Positions 29,396-39,112 of a DNA stretch of 64,000 bases are shown in pieces. Position numbers and translations under genes: made by a program. Position 1 is the stretch's first letter. Each line of letters starts with the position of its first letter. This DNA is from an uncultured virus (IMG/VR IMGVR_UViG_2585428069_000013). Lineage: Duplodnaviria; Heunggongvirae; Uroviricota; Caudoviricetes. Location of the stretch: the IMG/VR virus record IMGVR_UViG_2585428069_000013; one strand, written 5' to 3'. The notes beneath the pieces are model-generated. The model made no database searches, was not told the DNA's origin, and saw only the letters and a list, made by a program, of their open reading frames with translations.

Positions 29396-30548
29396 ACTTT
29401 TCCACCGCCTTTCTAAATTCACTAAATTTATTTACATCCTCCCAAGGGAACAGGCAGCTATTAAAGTGCCCATAAACCGCTGTATCAGAGTAGATGACAT
29501 TTCGCAGTCGTAGCTTTTCAATGATTGCCGCAGGTCTAAGGTTGAAAACCTCCTGTGCTGCAATAGCCAATATTTCATCAGCAACAGTACTTGTGCCAAG
29601 TGTATTTATAGAAAAGGCTACCGGATTTGCCTTTCCAATGGCATATGAAATACTTACTTCACATTTTTTGGCATAACCACACCATACGATGTGCTTGGCA
29701 ATATGCCGAGCCATGTAAGCACCGCTACGATCAACTTTTGTTGGGTCCTTACCACAAAGAGCTCCGCCACCATGGGATGCAAGGCCGCCATAGGTATCCA
29801 CCATCAGTTTTCTACCAGTCAAGCCTGTATCAGCAGCCGGTCCTCCAAGGATAAATTTGCCGGAAGGATTGATGAGAATTTCTGTTTCATCATCAAAAGG
29901 GAAGTCTTCAAAGCACTGCCACAAGACATTATTTAGAATGTCCGTCCTAAGTTGCGCCTGGGTTTTCTCCTTATCATGCTGTACCGATACTACAATGGTC
30001 TTCACTCGCACCGGAGTATCATCTTTGTATTCCACAGTTACCTGTGCTTTTCCATCAGGAAGAATGCCTTTTATTAGTTTTCCTTTACGACAATCATCAA
30101 GTCTCTTTACGATTCTGTGGGAAAGTACAAGGGGTAAGGGGAGCATCTCTCGTGTTTCCTTTGTAGCATATCCATACGTGGTACCTTGATCACCGGCACC
30201 AACAGAACCATATTGCTCATTTACACCATTTCGAGTTTCAAGCGCACTGTCAACACCCGCGGCAATATCTGCACTCTGGTTGTGTACATATACATAAATC
30301 AAAAACTTCAGGGAATTGTATCCCACTTCTTTCAACACGTTTCTGACAATGTAACGAATATCAATTTTTTCGCTGCAGGTGATCTCGCCCGCCACGATAA
30401 TTTTTCCTTTGGTCGCCATAACCTCGCAAGCCACGCGTGAAGCCTTATCTTTGCGCAGGCAGGCTTCCAAAATGCTATCTGCAATGATATCGCATAGTTT
30501 ATCTGGATGTCCGGCACATACACTTTCTGCTGTTTTATAAGTAGTCAT
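29376..30548 (-). CDS. metK: S-adenosylmethionine synthetase
   Basis: ESV..GHPDK, GAGDQG, PDGK.QV, DTGLTGRK..VDTYGG, GGGA..GKD.TKVDRS. Confidence 0.95.
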   Translation of the reverse strand: MTTYKTAESVCAGHPDKLCDIIADSILEACLRKDKASRVACEVMATKGKIIVAGEITCSEKIDIRYIVRNVLKEVGYNSLKFLIYVYVHNQSADIAAGVDSALETRNGVNEQYGSVGAGDQGTTYGYATKETREMLPLPLVLSHRIVKRLDDCRKGKLIKGILPDGKAQVTVEYKDDTPVRVKTIVVSVQHDKEKTQAQLRTDILNNVLWQCFEDFPFDDETEILINPSGKFILGGPAADTGLTGRKLMVDTYGGLASHGGGALCGKDPTKVDRSGAYMARHIAKHIVWCGYAKKCEVSISYAIGKANPVAFSINTLGTSTVADEILAIAAQEVFNLRPAAIIEKLRLRNVIYSDTAVYGHFNSCLFPWEDVNKFSEFRKAVEKYADRED

Positions 30549-30552
30549 ATTT

Positions 30553-31107
30553 TTATTTTCCTTTCCGAGCGGATAAAAGCCGCTCCATCACATCGTCCTG
30601 CGGGTTTGCACCACTGTATTCACCAGTGCAGTTTTCCTTGACGATCTGGAAAACCTCAATCCACAGGCGGTTAGTCTGATTCATATAGTTCTGACCCATT
30701 GCAACATATGGACTTTGAATGGCATTTCCCGTGGTGGGATGCTTTGCCAGAAATCCGTATTCAGTAACCGCTTCCTCGCACTGAATCCACCGTGCCACGC
30801 TCATGGCGTATCGTTCCAGAAGCTGGGGAGAAATGAGAGCAGCACATCCACGTTCGTTCAGCCACTGCCATGTGGACTTGTAAATTTCACTCGCAACAAG
30901 CGTCTTTCCGTCTTTCTGGACGGCTTCAAGCATCTTGTTCGGTTCGGGCATCGCCTGACCTTTGAGATCTGCGGTATCCGAAAACTCCATAACGGTCAAC
31001 TTTCTGCCGCCGGGATTGCCCTCGGCTATTTTGTCGGTGAGTGGTTTCTTTTTTGCACCCGCACCGACACGAGCACCACCTCGGTTTGTACCGTCTTTGG
31101 CCATCAA
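30553..31107 (-). CDS. terS: Terminase small subunit (P27 family)
   Basis: RGGAR.GAG.KKK, GNPGGR, W, QSPYV, DDVMERLL. Confidence 0.85.
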   Translation of the reverse strand: MMAKDGTNRGGARVGAGAKKKPLTDKIAEGNPGGRKLTVMEFSDTADLKGQAMPEPNKMLEAVQKDGKTLVASEIYKSTWQWLNERGCAALISPQLLERYAMSVARWIQCEEAVTEYGFLAKHPTTGNAIQSPYVAMGQNYMNQTNRLWIEVFQIVKENCTGEYSGANPQDDVMERLLSARKGK

Positions 31108-31143
31108 AACACCTCCTCATAAAATTTTTATAAAAAATTTTTG

Positions 31144-31336
31144 TGAAGCATTGCTTCAAACAGATTTCTTACATAGGCAGAAACCTGTCACATTTTTCTA
31201 TTCAGGCAATCTGTCTTTGTACTTAATGGACATCTCGTAAGCCTAAAAACACAGGAATCAATCGTTTTATTGAAGCTAAGCTTCAAATACTTCAAATCTG
31301 CAAAAACTTGACATATTACTTCAATTAGGATAATCT
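31144..31336. promoter_or_regulatory. Two TGAAGC-N3-GCTTCA palindromes and a + strand sigmaA promoter
   Basis: Palindromes at 31144-31158 and 31271-31285; TTGACA(31308-31313)-17-TAATCT(31331-31336). Confidence 0.6.
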
Positions 31337-31354
31337 ACAATCAGAACACAGGGG

Positions 31355-32155
31355 GTGAGCGTCATGGAACACAAACAGCAGCAGATAATAATGAAAAACA
31401 TCGACAGGCTTCTCAAAAAGAGGAACATCAAACGTAGTTCTCTTGAGGACGAGGTCGAGGTCAGCCGCGGGTATCTATCCCGCTTGAAAAAAGCAAATCC
31501 GGATGACAACGGTCTTAACATGAGTTATGAACTACTTAAAAAAATCGCAGATGGACTAAAGGTATCCATGGATTACCTGATGCTTGATGGGATGGATAAC
31601 ACCACAGACGAAAATGCTCTCATCGAATTTATCGAATCCCTCTATACCATGTCGGTGGATGGCACGCAGTTCTGGAATGTCTTTACCCACAAGCAGATTG
31701 ACAGTATTAATGATCCGGATGATTTTGATAAACTCGGACCAATTTCAAAAAGAGTATTTGAGACTGGCGAGTATGACCCAGAGAGCCGTTCGTATAAATA
31801 TGCGTGGATTGGATGGTTATCATTGGGTAACGGTCGAAAAATTGGAGAAACCATTTATTCCAAGGAATACATCACGGATGATTTTTTCTATGCCAATATA
31901 GAAAAAATCAACAGCACTTTATATCTGTATAGGGTAGATTACACCGATACAGACGGACAGCACAAACTAACCGACATAATTGAGGCATACCTGGTCAATG
32001 CTGATGAAGCACATTTCCTTTGCAACTCTGTCGATTGGAATGAATACATATCCTCCAAGCTAAGAGATCTGTATCAAATCGCCAGGGACAATTCCTCCGT
32101 CACAAGGTTGGGCGAAGATGCCCGAAAACTTCTGAACCTGTTTAATAACGATTAA
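31355..32155 (+). CDS. XRE-family HTH protein with an uncharacterised C-terminal domain (moron)
   Basis: NIDRLLKKRNI..SSLEDEVEVSRGYLSRL...LKKIADGLKVSMDYL; opposite strand to phage late genes. Confidence 0.75.
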   Translation: MSVMEHKQQQIIMKNIDRLLKKRNIKRSSLEDEVEVSRGYLSRLKKANPDDNGLNMSYELLKKIADGLKVSMDYLMLDGMDNTTDENALIEFIESLYTMSVDGTQFWNVFTHKQIDSINDPDDFDKLGPISKRVFETGEYDPESRSYKYAWIGWLSLGNGRKIGETIYSKEYITDDFFYANIEKINSTLYLYRVDYTDTDGQHKLTDIIEAYLVNADEAHFLCNSVDWNEYISSKLRDLYQIARDNSSVTRLGEDARKLLNLFNND

Positions 32156-32179
32156 ATTTAAAAGAAAGGATGTCGTAGC

Positions 32180-32365
32180 ATGAACAACAACAAACTTACT
32201 TATAAGAACAGCCATATTATAATCAACCCTATGGATATAATGGCAAAAGTTAAAGCCTTTCAAATCAACCCTGAACATTCCTGCGTTAGTTTACAAATAG
32301 TCAATGGAATAGTTCTCTCCTTTAACTGGGCAAGTGGGAAATTTGATTTTTCACGTGTTTCTTAA
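32180..32365 (+). CDS. Small hypothetical protein of the moron operon
   Basis: AAGGA RBS, follows the HTH gene, followed by hairpin + T-tract at about 32380-32412. Confidence 0.5.
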   Translation: MNNNKLTYKNSHIIINPMDIMAKVKAFQINPEHSCVSLQIVNGIVLSFNWASGKFDFSRVS

Positions 32366-32416
32366 TATTCTACTTTCAGAAGCCTCTTGCCTATATGGTG
32401 AGGGGTTTTTCTATGT

Positions 32417-32515
32417 TGGGTCTATTACCTCGTTTGAAACTGCGTTTTTTAACACGAAGCCCTACGCCGCTGTCCGATAATTTTAGTTTTAGAGATTTGA
32501 CTACCCCCACCGGTC
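32417..32515 (-). other. Putative cos packaging region
   Basis: GGGG..TCAAATCTCT...CAGCGGCGTAGGGC..AAAAAACGC layout directly after HNH, typical of HNH/P27-terS cos phages. Confidence 0.5.
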
Positions 32516-32857
32516 GCCGCTCTCAGCAGTAATACGCGAGTGGCATGACTTACAAAGAGCCATAAGGTTGCTCTTCTCATTGCCTCCGCCCTTGGAGAGC
32601 GGGAGGATGTGGTGTATCTCTTCGGCAGGGGTGAGCGCTCCTTGCTTCTGACACTCTTCGCAAAGAGGATGCGACTTGATGTAGCGGTCGCGGATGCGCT
32701 TCCAAGCACGGCCGTATCGTTTATTGGAAGCGGGGTCACGTTCGTATTGGTTGTATTGTTTGTCCATTGCTTTTTGATGCTCGACACAGTATTGCTCGCG
32801 TTCAGCAAGCCGACCGCAGCCGGGGTAAGCACAGGGACGCTTGGGTTTGTAGGGCAT
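32501..32857 (-). CDS. HNH endonuclease (packaging-associated)
   Basis: PLCEEC, HHI.PL..GG....NL..LCKSCH. Confidence 0.92.
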   Translation of the reverse strand: MPYKPKRPCAYPGCGRLAEREQYCVEHQKAMDKQYNQYERDPASNKRYGRAWKRIRDRYIKSHPLCEECQKQGALTPAEEIHHILPLSKGGGNEKSNLMALCKSCHSRITAESGDRWG

Positions 32858-32941
32858 CGATTCATCTCCTTTGGGGCATAAGAAAAGCCCTCGCAGGAGA
32901 AGTACTCCCATGAAGGCTTTTTGATAGTTTTCTATACTATC

Positions 32942-32996
32942 ATTATACTGCTTTCACAGTGGACAAACAGTGACATACTGTGCCATCGTGTGCCAA
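32942..32996 (-). promoter_or_regulatory. Late promoter with 10-bp-phased activator repeats
   Basis: TGGCAC/TGGCAC/TGTCAC/TGTCCAC at ~10-bp period, then TATAAT (32947-32942). Confidence 0.7.
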
Positions 32997-33001
32997 CTTT
33001 T

Positions 33002-33412
33002 TTATTGCGGTACTTTTAAGTGCTGTAGAGCTGACGAATGAAGTCTGTGTACAGTACGTATGGACACATTAAGGTTCACACAGATTTCTTCCCAGTTAAG
33101 GAAGTTGATGTAGCGATAACGGAGCAGTAGCTTTTCATCAACGTTCTGCATCTGATTAATTGCCTCACGAATGTCACTCTTCAGCTTTACCAAACGGTCA
33201 ACCTCTTGTTGTATCTGTTTTTCCAGGTCTATAATCTTTCCCACATACCTTACAAAAGGCGGGTCAGTACTCTTTGTTCCACTGATTTTTTCCTCAAACA
33301 CCGGAGATGAAATACTTCTTGATAACTCCCTTAAATTTTGCAGTTCCTCAAGGTCGGAATTTATCAGTTCATTCAGACGGTATGCCTGTCTCAAAAACTC
33401 CTTTGCCATCAT
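33002..33412 (-). CDS. ArpU/RinA-like late transcriptional activator
   Basis: AKEFL.Q, LL..RYI....WE.I...LN.S.R.V.RLH..AL. Confidence 0.82.
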   Translation of the reverse strand: MMAKEFLRQAYRLNELINSDLEELQNLRELSRSISSPVFEEKISGTKSTDPPFVRYVGKIIDLEKQIQQEVDRLVKLKSDIREAINQMQNVDEKLLLRYRYINFLNWEEICVNLNVSIRTVHRLHSSALQHLKVPQ

Positions 33413-33633
33413 CGTCGCACCACCTCCTCATTCAGTTTTTTGATTAACATTTCAGGATCAATGGCGGTCAGCATAGAGAATAACCCGGAACGAAAGAAAC
33501 TCTCAACCTCTCGTTTCGTATACAAGGCTGAATCTGTATGTGGATGTTTCACCAACCTTTTCAGTGCAAACCGGTAATCTTTGACCGCCTGCAGAACAAT
33601 GGCATTTGCCAGTTTTTCATAAGCATCCATCAT
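33409..33633 (-). CDS. Conserved phage hypothetical protein
   Basis: YE.LANAIVLQAVKDYR, FF.S; translationally coupled. Confidence 0.7.
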   Translation of the reverse strand: MMDAYEKLANAIVLQAVKDYRFALKRLVKHPHTDSALYTKREVESFFRSGLFSMLTAIDPEMLIKKLNEEVVRR

Positions 33634-34991
33634 ACGTTATCCCTCGCTTTCCTTAAGTTTACCTTGACCGCATTGATAAGGTCGGACTGTGTCTTTTCCT
33701 TTCGTTTCAAAGCCCTCATGACATCCTCGTCAATTGTACTTTTTGCAATGATGTGGTGGATTACCACCGTTTCATTTTGACCTTGTCTCCAAAGTCTTGC
33801 ATTCGTCTGCTGATATAGTTCCAGACTCCAAGTGAGTCCAAACCAAATCAGCGTAGAACCGCCACTTTGTAAGTTAAGACCGTGTCCTGCTGATGCCGGA
33901 TGGATAACTGCCACAGGAATATCTCCGTTGTTCCAATCCTCGATATCCTTGGAAGTCTTAATTTCACGGACTTTTAATTTTGCCTTGATACGCACCAAAT
34001 CGTGATTATACCAGTAGGCAATGAGGACAGGTTTGCCGTTTGCGCCTTCGATTAAATCCTCAAGGGCATCAAGCTTACGGTCATGAATGAAATGAGCCTT
34101 TTTCTCTTCATCATAGATAGCACCATTTGCCATCTGCAGGAGCTTGTTTGAAAGGACAGCTGCGTTCATGGCATCAATTTCCTCACCAGCAAGCTCAAGA
34201 ACCATCTCCTCACGAAAACCTTCATACACCGACTGCTCTTTTTCACTCAAATACACAGGCACTTCATTTATCACGCATTCCGGCATTTTTAGAAAATCAA
34301 CTGACTTCATGGAAATCGTAATATCCGAAATAAGCCTATATATTGCATTTTCTGCACCTGGCAGGGGTTTATATGAAAACACCATTTGCTGATTACGTTT
34401 ATCTGGAGTAAAGAGGGAACTGCGGTAGTGAGTTATGTACCTGCCGAGTCTTACACCCATGTCGAGGATACGAAACTCTGCCCACAAATCCATCAAGCTG
34501 TTACTGGATGGTGTACCCGTAAGACCTATAATACGTTTTGCCAAGGGTCTGACTTTAAGTAAGCTTTTGAACCTCTTTGCACCATAGGACTTAAAGGATG
34601 AGAGTTCATCAATGACCACCATGTCGAAAATGAAAGGAACACCGCTTTTGTTTACCAACCAGTCCACATTTTCTCTGTTGATAAGATAAATGCTGGCGGG
34701 TTTCTTAAGTGCTGCTAAACGCTCCTGCTCCGTACCGATTGCCATCGAATAGTTAAGGCCTTTTAAATGTTCCCACTTATTTATCTCAGCAGGCCAAGTA
34801 TCTCTTGCTACCCTTAGAGGGGCAATGACCAGAACCTTTCCAATTTCAAAGCTGTCAAGGCACAAGTCGAAGATGGCAGTTAGTGTAATCACGCTCTTGC
34901 CAAGACCCATCTCCAAAAATACTGCAGCTATGGGATGCTCTAAAATGAAGTTGGTCGCATAGGTCTGATATTTATGAGGACTGTATTTCAT
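33630..34991 (-). CDS. SNF2-family helicase
   Basis: MGLGKS, VVIDELS, GLTGTP, SAGHGLNLQ, RLWRQGQ. Confidence 0.92.
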   Translation of the reverse strand: MKYSPHKYQTYATNFILEHPIAAVFLEMGLGKSVITLTAIFDLCLDSFEIGKVLVIAPLRVARDTWPAEINKWEHLKGLNYSMAIGTEQERLAALKKPASIYLINRENVDWLVNKSGVPFIFDMVVIDELSSFKSYGAKRFKSLLKVRPLAKRIIGLTGTPSSNSLMDLWAEFRILDMGVRLGRYITHYRSSLFTPDKRNQQMVFSYKPLPGAENAIYRLISDITISMKSVDFLKMPECVINEVPVYLSEKEQSVYEGFREEMVLELAGEEIDAMNAAVLSNKLLQMANGAIYDEEKKAHFIHDRKLDALEDLIEGANGKPVLIAYWYNHDLVRIKAKLKVREIKTSKDIEDWNNGDIPVAVIHPASAGHGLNLQSGGSTLIWFGLTWSLELYQQTNARLWRQGQNETVVIHHIIAKSTIDEDVMRALKRKEKTQSDLINAVKVNLRKARDNV

Positions 34992-35253
34992 CGAGTATCC
35001 CTCCAATCTGTTCAGTGCTGTCAATTACATAGCAGGCAAAGCCTAACTTCTGTAACTGCTTTATTCTTCTAATCTGTATCGGGCGGGGTTTCTTACCGGG
35101 AGCCTTTAATTCGATAAATGCCATCTTCCCATTAGGTAAAAGCACCAAACGGTCCGGCATCCCATCTAAACCTGGACTTACGAACTTCACCGCAATGCCT
35201 CCCATCTTTTTTACCGTCGCCACTAGCTTCTTTTCGATATATTTCTCAAGCAT
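34972..35253 (-). CDS. VRR-NUC nuclease
   Basis: E..IE, G.PDR, FIELKAPG. Confidence 0.9.
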   Translation of the reverse strand: MLEKYIEKKLVATVKKMGGIAVKFVSPGLDGMPDRLVLLPNGKMAFIELKAPGKKPRPIQIRRIKQLQKLGFACYVIDSTEQIGGILDEIQSS

Positions 35254-35276
35254 AATTGCCTCCTATAGAAAGGCTC

Positions 35277-35562
35277 GGAACAGGAAAACAACTTTAACCC
35301 ATTTTTCCTATACGCGCGTGTACGTGTGTATGCACAGGCTAAATTTCTTCTTTTTTATGATTTATAAATAAATAGATTACATCTTGTTCCACCTGTTCCG
35401 AACCGCTGATTTTAACTGGAATTACTGGCTTTTTTATAGGAACCAGTTTTGGAACAAAGTATGGAACAACTTACCCTTGTTCCTCGCTTCGGGAATAAGC
35501 TCGCTGCTTTCCATAGATAGGAAAGTGGCTTGTTCCGTTCTTGTTCCCGGTGTACTTGTTCC
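35277..35562. repeat. GGAACA/TGTTCC iteron cluster, putative replication origin
   Basis: About 10 copies in both orientations around an AT-rich stretch at the 3' end of the VirE gene. Confidence 0.6.
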
Positions 35563-37837
35563 ATTCACTGATCTTTCTCATAATGGCACCGATAGCATAG
35601 GAATCAGATGTTCTCATAGAGGATGCATCCTTACCGAAACACTCACACCAAATCTCCATATTGCAGACAAGGGTTCTTATTACCGTCCCAACACGGGCAC
35701 CACCGCCAAATTCGCTACCGCCGAGAAAATTTCTACGCTCGTACAAAGACATGGATTCCCAGTCATCTGGCAACAACGTGTCCAGATAAGTTCTAACCAA
35801 ACCTTCTCGCTCATCGGTTTCCATTGCATCTGCCTGTTCCCCGGTTGCAAGGGATACATCATCGCCTTCAAGGTAGAGTCTTTCGCCCTTCTCATGAAGC
35901 ACAAGTGTCTCTGCCCAAATCTGCTGCACTTCATCTTTAGTAATTTGCCAGGCTTTCTTCTTGCCGTTACCACTTATCCGCACAGGCCAGAACCTGCGGT
36001 TTCCCGTAATATCACGAAGGAAACCACTCTCTGCATTGGTAGAACCTACAATTACACACTGACGGGGATGGCTTTCTACGTTGACACCGTAGCTTGCTCT
36101 GTACTTATCATCTGAACGGGAGATAAAGGACTTTACAACCTCCACATCGGTCTTACGCATTCCGGCAAGTTCGCCAAGTTCCAGCAACCAATAGCCTTGC
36201 AGCTTTTCAGGACCGGCTTTGTCTTTCATGTCCGTAATAGTCAAACTATCTGAAAACCAATCCCCAGCGAGTTTTGCAAAGAAGGTTGACTTACCAATGC
36301 CCTGTGGACCATTTAATATAAGGACACTGTCAAACTTTGTACCCGGTCTAAAAATACGTGCTACCGACGCAACCATCGTTTTGCGAATGACTGCTTTGGT
36401 ATAGGAGTTATCCGTTGCTCCGAAATAATCAATCAGAAGATTTTCCACACGGCTTATACCATCCCATTCCGGCAGCGAGTTCAGATACTCTTGGATTGGA
36501 TGGTAGGCTCTTTCTGAAGCTACCGCTAACACGGCATCCTTGGTCTTGGTCGGAGAATACAGTCCATACACACTGCTTAAGTACACCTTCAAAAGTGCAT
36601 TGTCCGAGTCATTCCAACCACCCTTAATCTGATCCCAAGGCAGACCGCCTTTGGCATCAATACCGTCACGGTGGCAGTTGAAGGCAATGTGCTGCAAATC
36701 TTCATCGTGCCGCAGAATGAGTACAATGTTATCCAGTGTGTCCTTCACATGGCCTTGCTTATCTAGTACCAAAGCAGTCTGCCAATCATCACCGCCAAAC
36801 TCATCCTCAGCCTGTTCCTGTCTTTCCTTAGCAAACTCCGCTTTCACGGCTTCATCCTTTATAGCAAACTCACACATTGCTACATAAGACGGCATCTTAC
36901 CTGGAGCCGTAGCCCTCGACACCTTATCATCTAGGGAACCGAATTTATGGATACGCACAAGGTCAAAGGCATTGAGGAGCAGACCGCTTGCAGGGTCGGT
37001 GGCATGATGGCTATATGTGAACTTATCATCATAAGTAATTACACCCGCACTGCTGTCAGCCGGGATATAGTCATAGCGCCCTTCCATTGCGGATGGGGAA
37101 TAAACAGCACCTAAGAATTTCTCAATTGCCTCACGAATCGTGTAGGTACGGCAGAACGTTCCTACTACACCTTCCTTGGAAAGCGGATCTGCCTGTTCTT
37201 TCAGATTCCGATTAATGATCTCTGATTGCCGAGAAGATGCAGGCCAAGTACTGGTATCATGCCAGTTTTCATATTTAGAAAGATAAACATCCGGGTCAAG
37301 AAGAGTACCATCGGTTTCTTCATAGACAAATACACCGTTTGAGGATGTGGACGGCCAATACATAAGGCGATGAGCCTCATAGGTCGTATCATCGAAAAGG
37401 TCAATACCAATTTCCTTTGCCACCATACGGCCAACGGCCGCATACTCTTCTTCGCTAATTTCACGGGCAAGGGGAATGATCAGACGGAGCCTCGGCTGTT
37501 CCGGAGTGTGCTTATGTGTAGAGTAGACACAACATTTGGAATCAAAAAGCATGGTAATCTGATCCCAGATATCAGCTGTACCATAATCCATATCAAGAGA
37601 CAGTAAAGAACGGCATAAAACATTGCCTTTCTTTCTCCTACCTTCTTTCAGATGCCCTCCGACAAAGCCACCCACGTCTTTGATATCATCCTGTTGACCT
37701 CTTATTAATTTGCGATATTCTTCCACCGTTTCCGTGGTACGTTGCGTGGTCTTCACACGGGAACAGAAAGCCTCCCATGAGATGTCACTGTTTTTCCACT
37801 TTCTATCCATTCGACTGTTGCCGACTGCAATTTTCAT
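35471..37837 (-). CDS. VirE/VapE-family primase-helicase
   Basis: N-terminal primase-like (LDMD, STHKH), YSHHATDP, GPQGIGKST, ELGEL, GSTN, D.TGNRRFWP. Confidence 0.9.
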   Translation of the reverse strand: MKIAVGNSRMDRKWKNSDISWEAFCSRVKTTQRTTETVEEYRKLIRGQQDDIKDVGGFVGGHLKEGRRKKGNVLCRSLLSLDMDYGTADIWDQITMLFDSKCCVYSTHKHTPEQPRLRLIIPLAREISEEEYAAVGRMVAKEIGIDLFDDTTYEAHRLMYWPSTSSNGVFVYEETDGTLLDPDVYLSKYENWHDTSTWPASSRQSEIINRNLKEQADPLSKEGVVGTFCRTYTIREAIEKFLGAVYSPSAMEGRYDYIPADSSAGVITYDDKFTYSHHATDPASGLLLNAFDLVRIHKFGSLDDKVSRATAPGKMPSYVAMCEFAIKDEAVKAEFAKERQEQAEDEFGGDDWQTALVLDKQGHVKDTLDNIVLILRHDEDLQHIAFNCHRDGIDAKGGLPWDQIKGGWNDSDNALLKVYLSSVYGLYSPTKTKDAVLAVASERAYHPIQEYLNSLPEWDGISRVENLLIDYFGATDNSYTKAVIRKTMVASVARIFRPGTKFDSVLILNGPQGIGKSTFFAKLAGDWFSDSLTITDMKDKAGPEKLQGYWLLELGELAGMRKTDVEVVKSFISRSDDKYRASYGVNVESHPRQCVIVGSTNAESGFLRDITGNRRFWPVRISGNGKKKAWQITKDEVQQIWAETLVLHEKGERLYLEGDDVSLATGEQADAMETDEREGLVRTYLDTLLPDDWESMSLYERRNFLGGSEFGGGARVGTVIRTLVCNMEIWCECFGKDASSMRTSDSYAIGAIMRKISEWNKYTGNKNGTSHFPIYGKQRAYSRSEEQG

Positions 37838-38271
37838 AAGTCTTCGACCTCCTCATACCCTGCGTTGAAATATCTGACCGTCTGCCTGCGTTTCTTGGCT
37901 TTTTCAATCTCCGTGGTCATACCGTTTGAGATGGAATTACCAAGCACCCATACCTCAGAGCATTTGCCCATCAGCACGATATCCATAAATAAGGCAAGTT
38001 CCCGTTCCTTTGGGTTTGCATCATCCATAAACTGCGGAAACATAAGGTGGGGAGCAATAGGGATACAGTTTTGCCCCAAGGCAAATCTGCAGAACGCACG
38101 AGCCTTTTTCACATTTTCATCCACATCCCCGGAATATGGGGAGCAGATATACACAAGAGGCTTGAAGGCAGATTTCTTTTCTGCCTTCTCCTCTCTGATA
38201 ATATTGGACAGTGCTTCATGGGGAGTCGGGTCATAATAACCTTCTGAATTGTATTTGTTGATTCCCATCAC
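37834..38271 (-). CDS. Nucleoside 2-deoxyribosyltransferase-like (DUF4406-type) protein
   Basis: VYICSPYSG, PIAPHL.FPQ, C.EVWV.G..IS.GM..E. Confidence 0.75.
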   Translation of the reverse strand: MMGINKYNSEGYYDPTPHEALSNIIREEKAEKKSAFKPLVYICSPYSGDVDENVKKARAFCRFALGQNCIPIAPHLMFPQFMDDANPKERELALFMDIVLMGKCSEVWVLGNSISNGMTTEIEKAKKRRQTVRYFNAGYEEVEDL

Positions 38272-39020
38272 AAAGCCTCCATTTCAATCTTAGGCAAGAT
38301 ACCGTCTGCCTTCATCAACTCGTAAATGAAGAGTCTGCCTTTTTGGGTCCAGTAGGTATGAACCTTTGTGTGTTGTTCACCGTTACTGCCCAGGTAGCTG
38401 TGTGTCTTGGTGCTGGTATAACCCTTTTCAGCATGCTTCTGATATAGAAGCCAGATGTCTCCTTGCTTAAATTGAATTCCCTTTTCATGAAGATAACGGT
38501 TCATCCAGATAGCAGACTTGCCATAGTCCTTGGCAATTGCCGATGTAGAAATAAGGTCTTTGCAATTTAGCACCACATCGTAATAAGATACCTTCGGTTT
38601 CATTTCTGTAATTTGTTGGTTCTGAACGGCAATCGTACCCTCAAGCAATTTATTTTGATGTCTTACTTGAGTTAGCTTCTGGTTAGCAAACTGTAATGCC
38701 CTCGCCATAATTGCCTCTGGGGAATTCCAAGCCTTCTCAATTTCAAGAAAGTATTGGCGGCACTGCTTTCCTTTTGGAGTACGCTGAATCATGCATAACT
38801 CTTTTGCCATGTCGATGGTAAGCTGATGATCCATGCTCGGTCTGCCACCGGTACTTTCGCTCAAAAATGAGCTAAAGTCTGTACCTTCCACAAATCCATA
38901 CTCACACATTCTTGGAAACCAGTCTTTATACGCTGTTTTTACTTCCAAGACCTCATGTAAATCACGACCAAGCACTGTGGGGCGGTCATTTTCATATTTA
39001 ATTCTTACTAATTCGTCCAT
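38268..39020 (-). CDS. Antirepressor (AntA/AntB + KilAC/ANT domains)
   Basis: GRDLHE.LEV...Y.DWF, MAKELCMIQR, KPKV.YYD, IAKDYG, WTQKGR. Confidence 0.9.
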   Translation of the reverse strand: MDELVRIKYENDRPTVLGRDLHEVLEVKTAYKDWFPRMCEYGFVEGTDFSSFLSESTGGRPSMDHQLTIDMAKELCMIQRTPKGKQCRQYFLEIEKAWNSPEAIMARALQFANQKLTQVRHQNKLLEGTIAVQNQQITEMKPKVSYYDVVLNCKDLISTSAIAKDYGKSAIWMNRYLHEKGIQFKQGDIWLLYQKHAEKGYTSTKTHSYLGSNGEQHTKVHTYWTQKGRLFIYELMKADGILPKIEMEAL

Positions 39021-39060
39021 ACGAATTACCTCCTGTAATATAGTCAGAGAGGAAACCCCT

Positions 39061-39096
39061 CTACCTAATAGCCATAGGAGGTAATGAAAGTTGAGG
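39061..39096 (-). promoter_or_regulatory. Bipartite motif class B, copy 2
   Basis: CCTCAACTTTCATTACCTCCTATGGCTATTAGGTAG upstream of the antirepressor. Confidence 0.7.
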
Positions 39097-39112
39097 ATTT
39101 TCAAAAATGAAT

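Noticed and set aside
17091..36115. Long + strand ORFs such as 17091-17792, 21608-22342 and 35384-36115
   Set aside because: Antisense shadows of well-supported - strand genes, with no recognisable motifs
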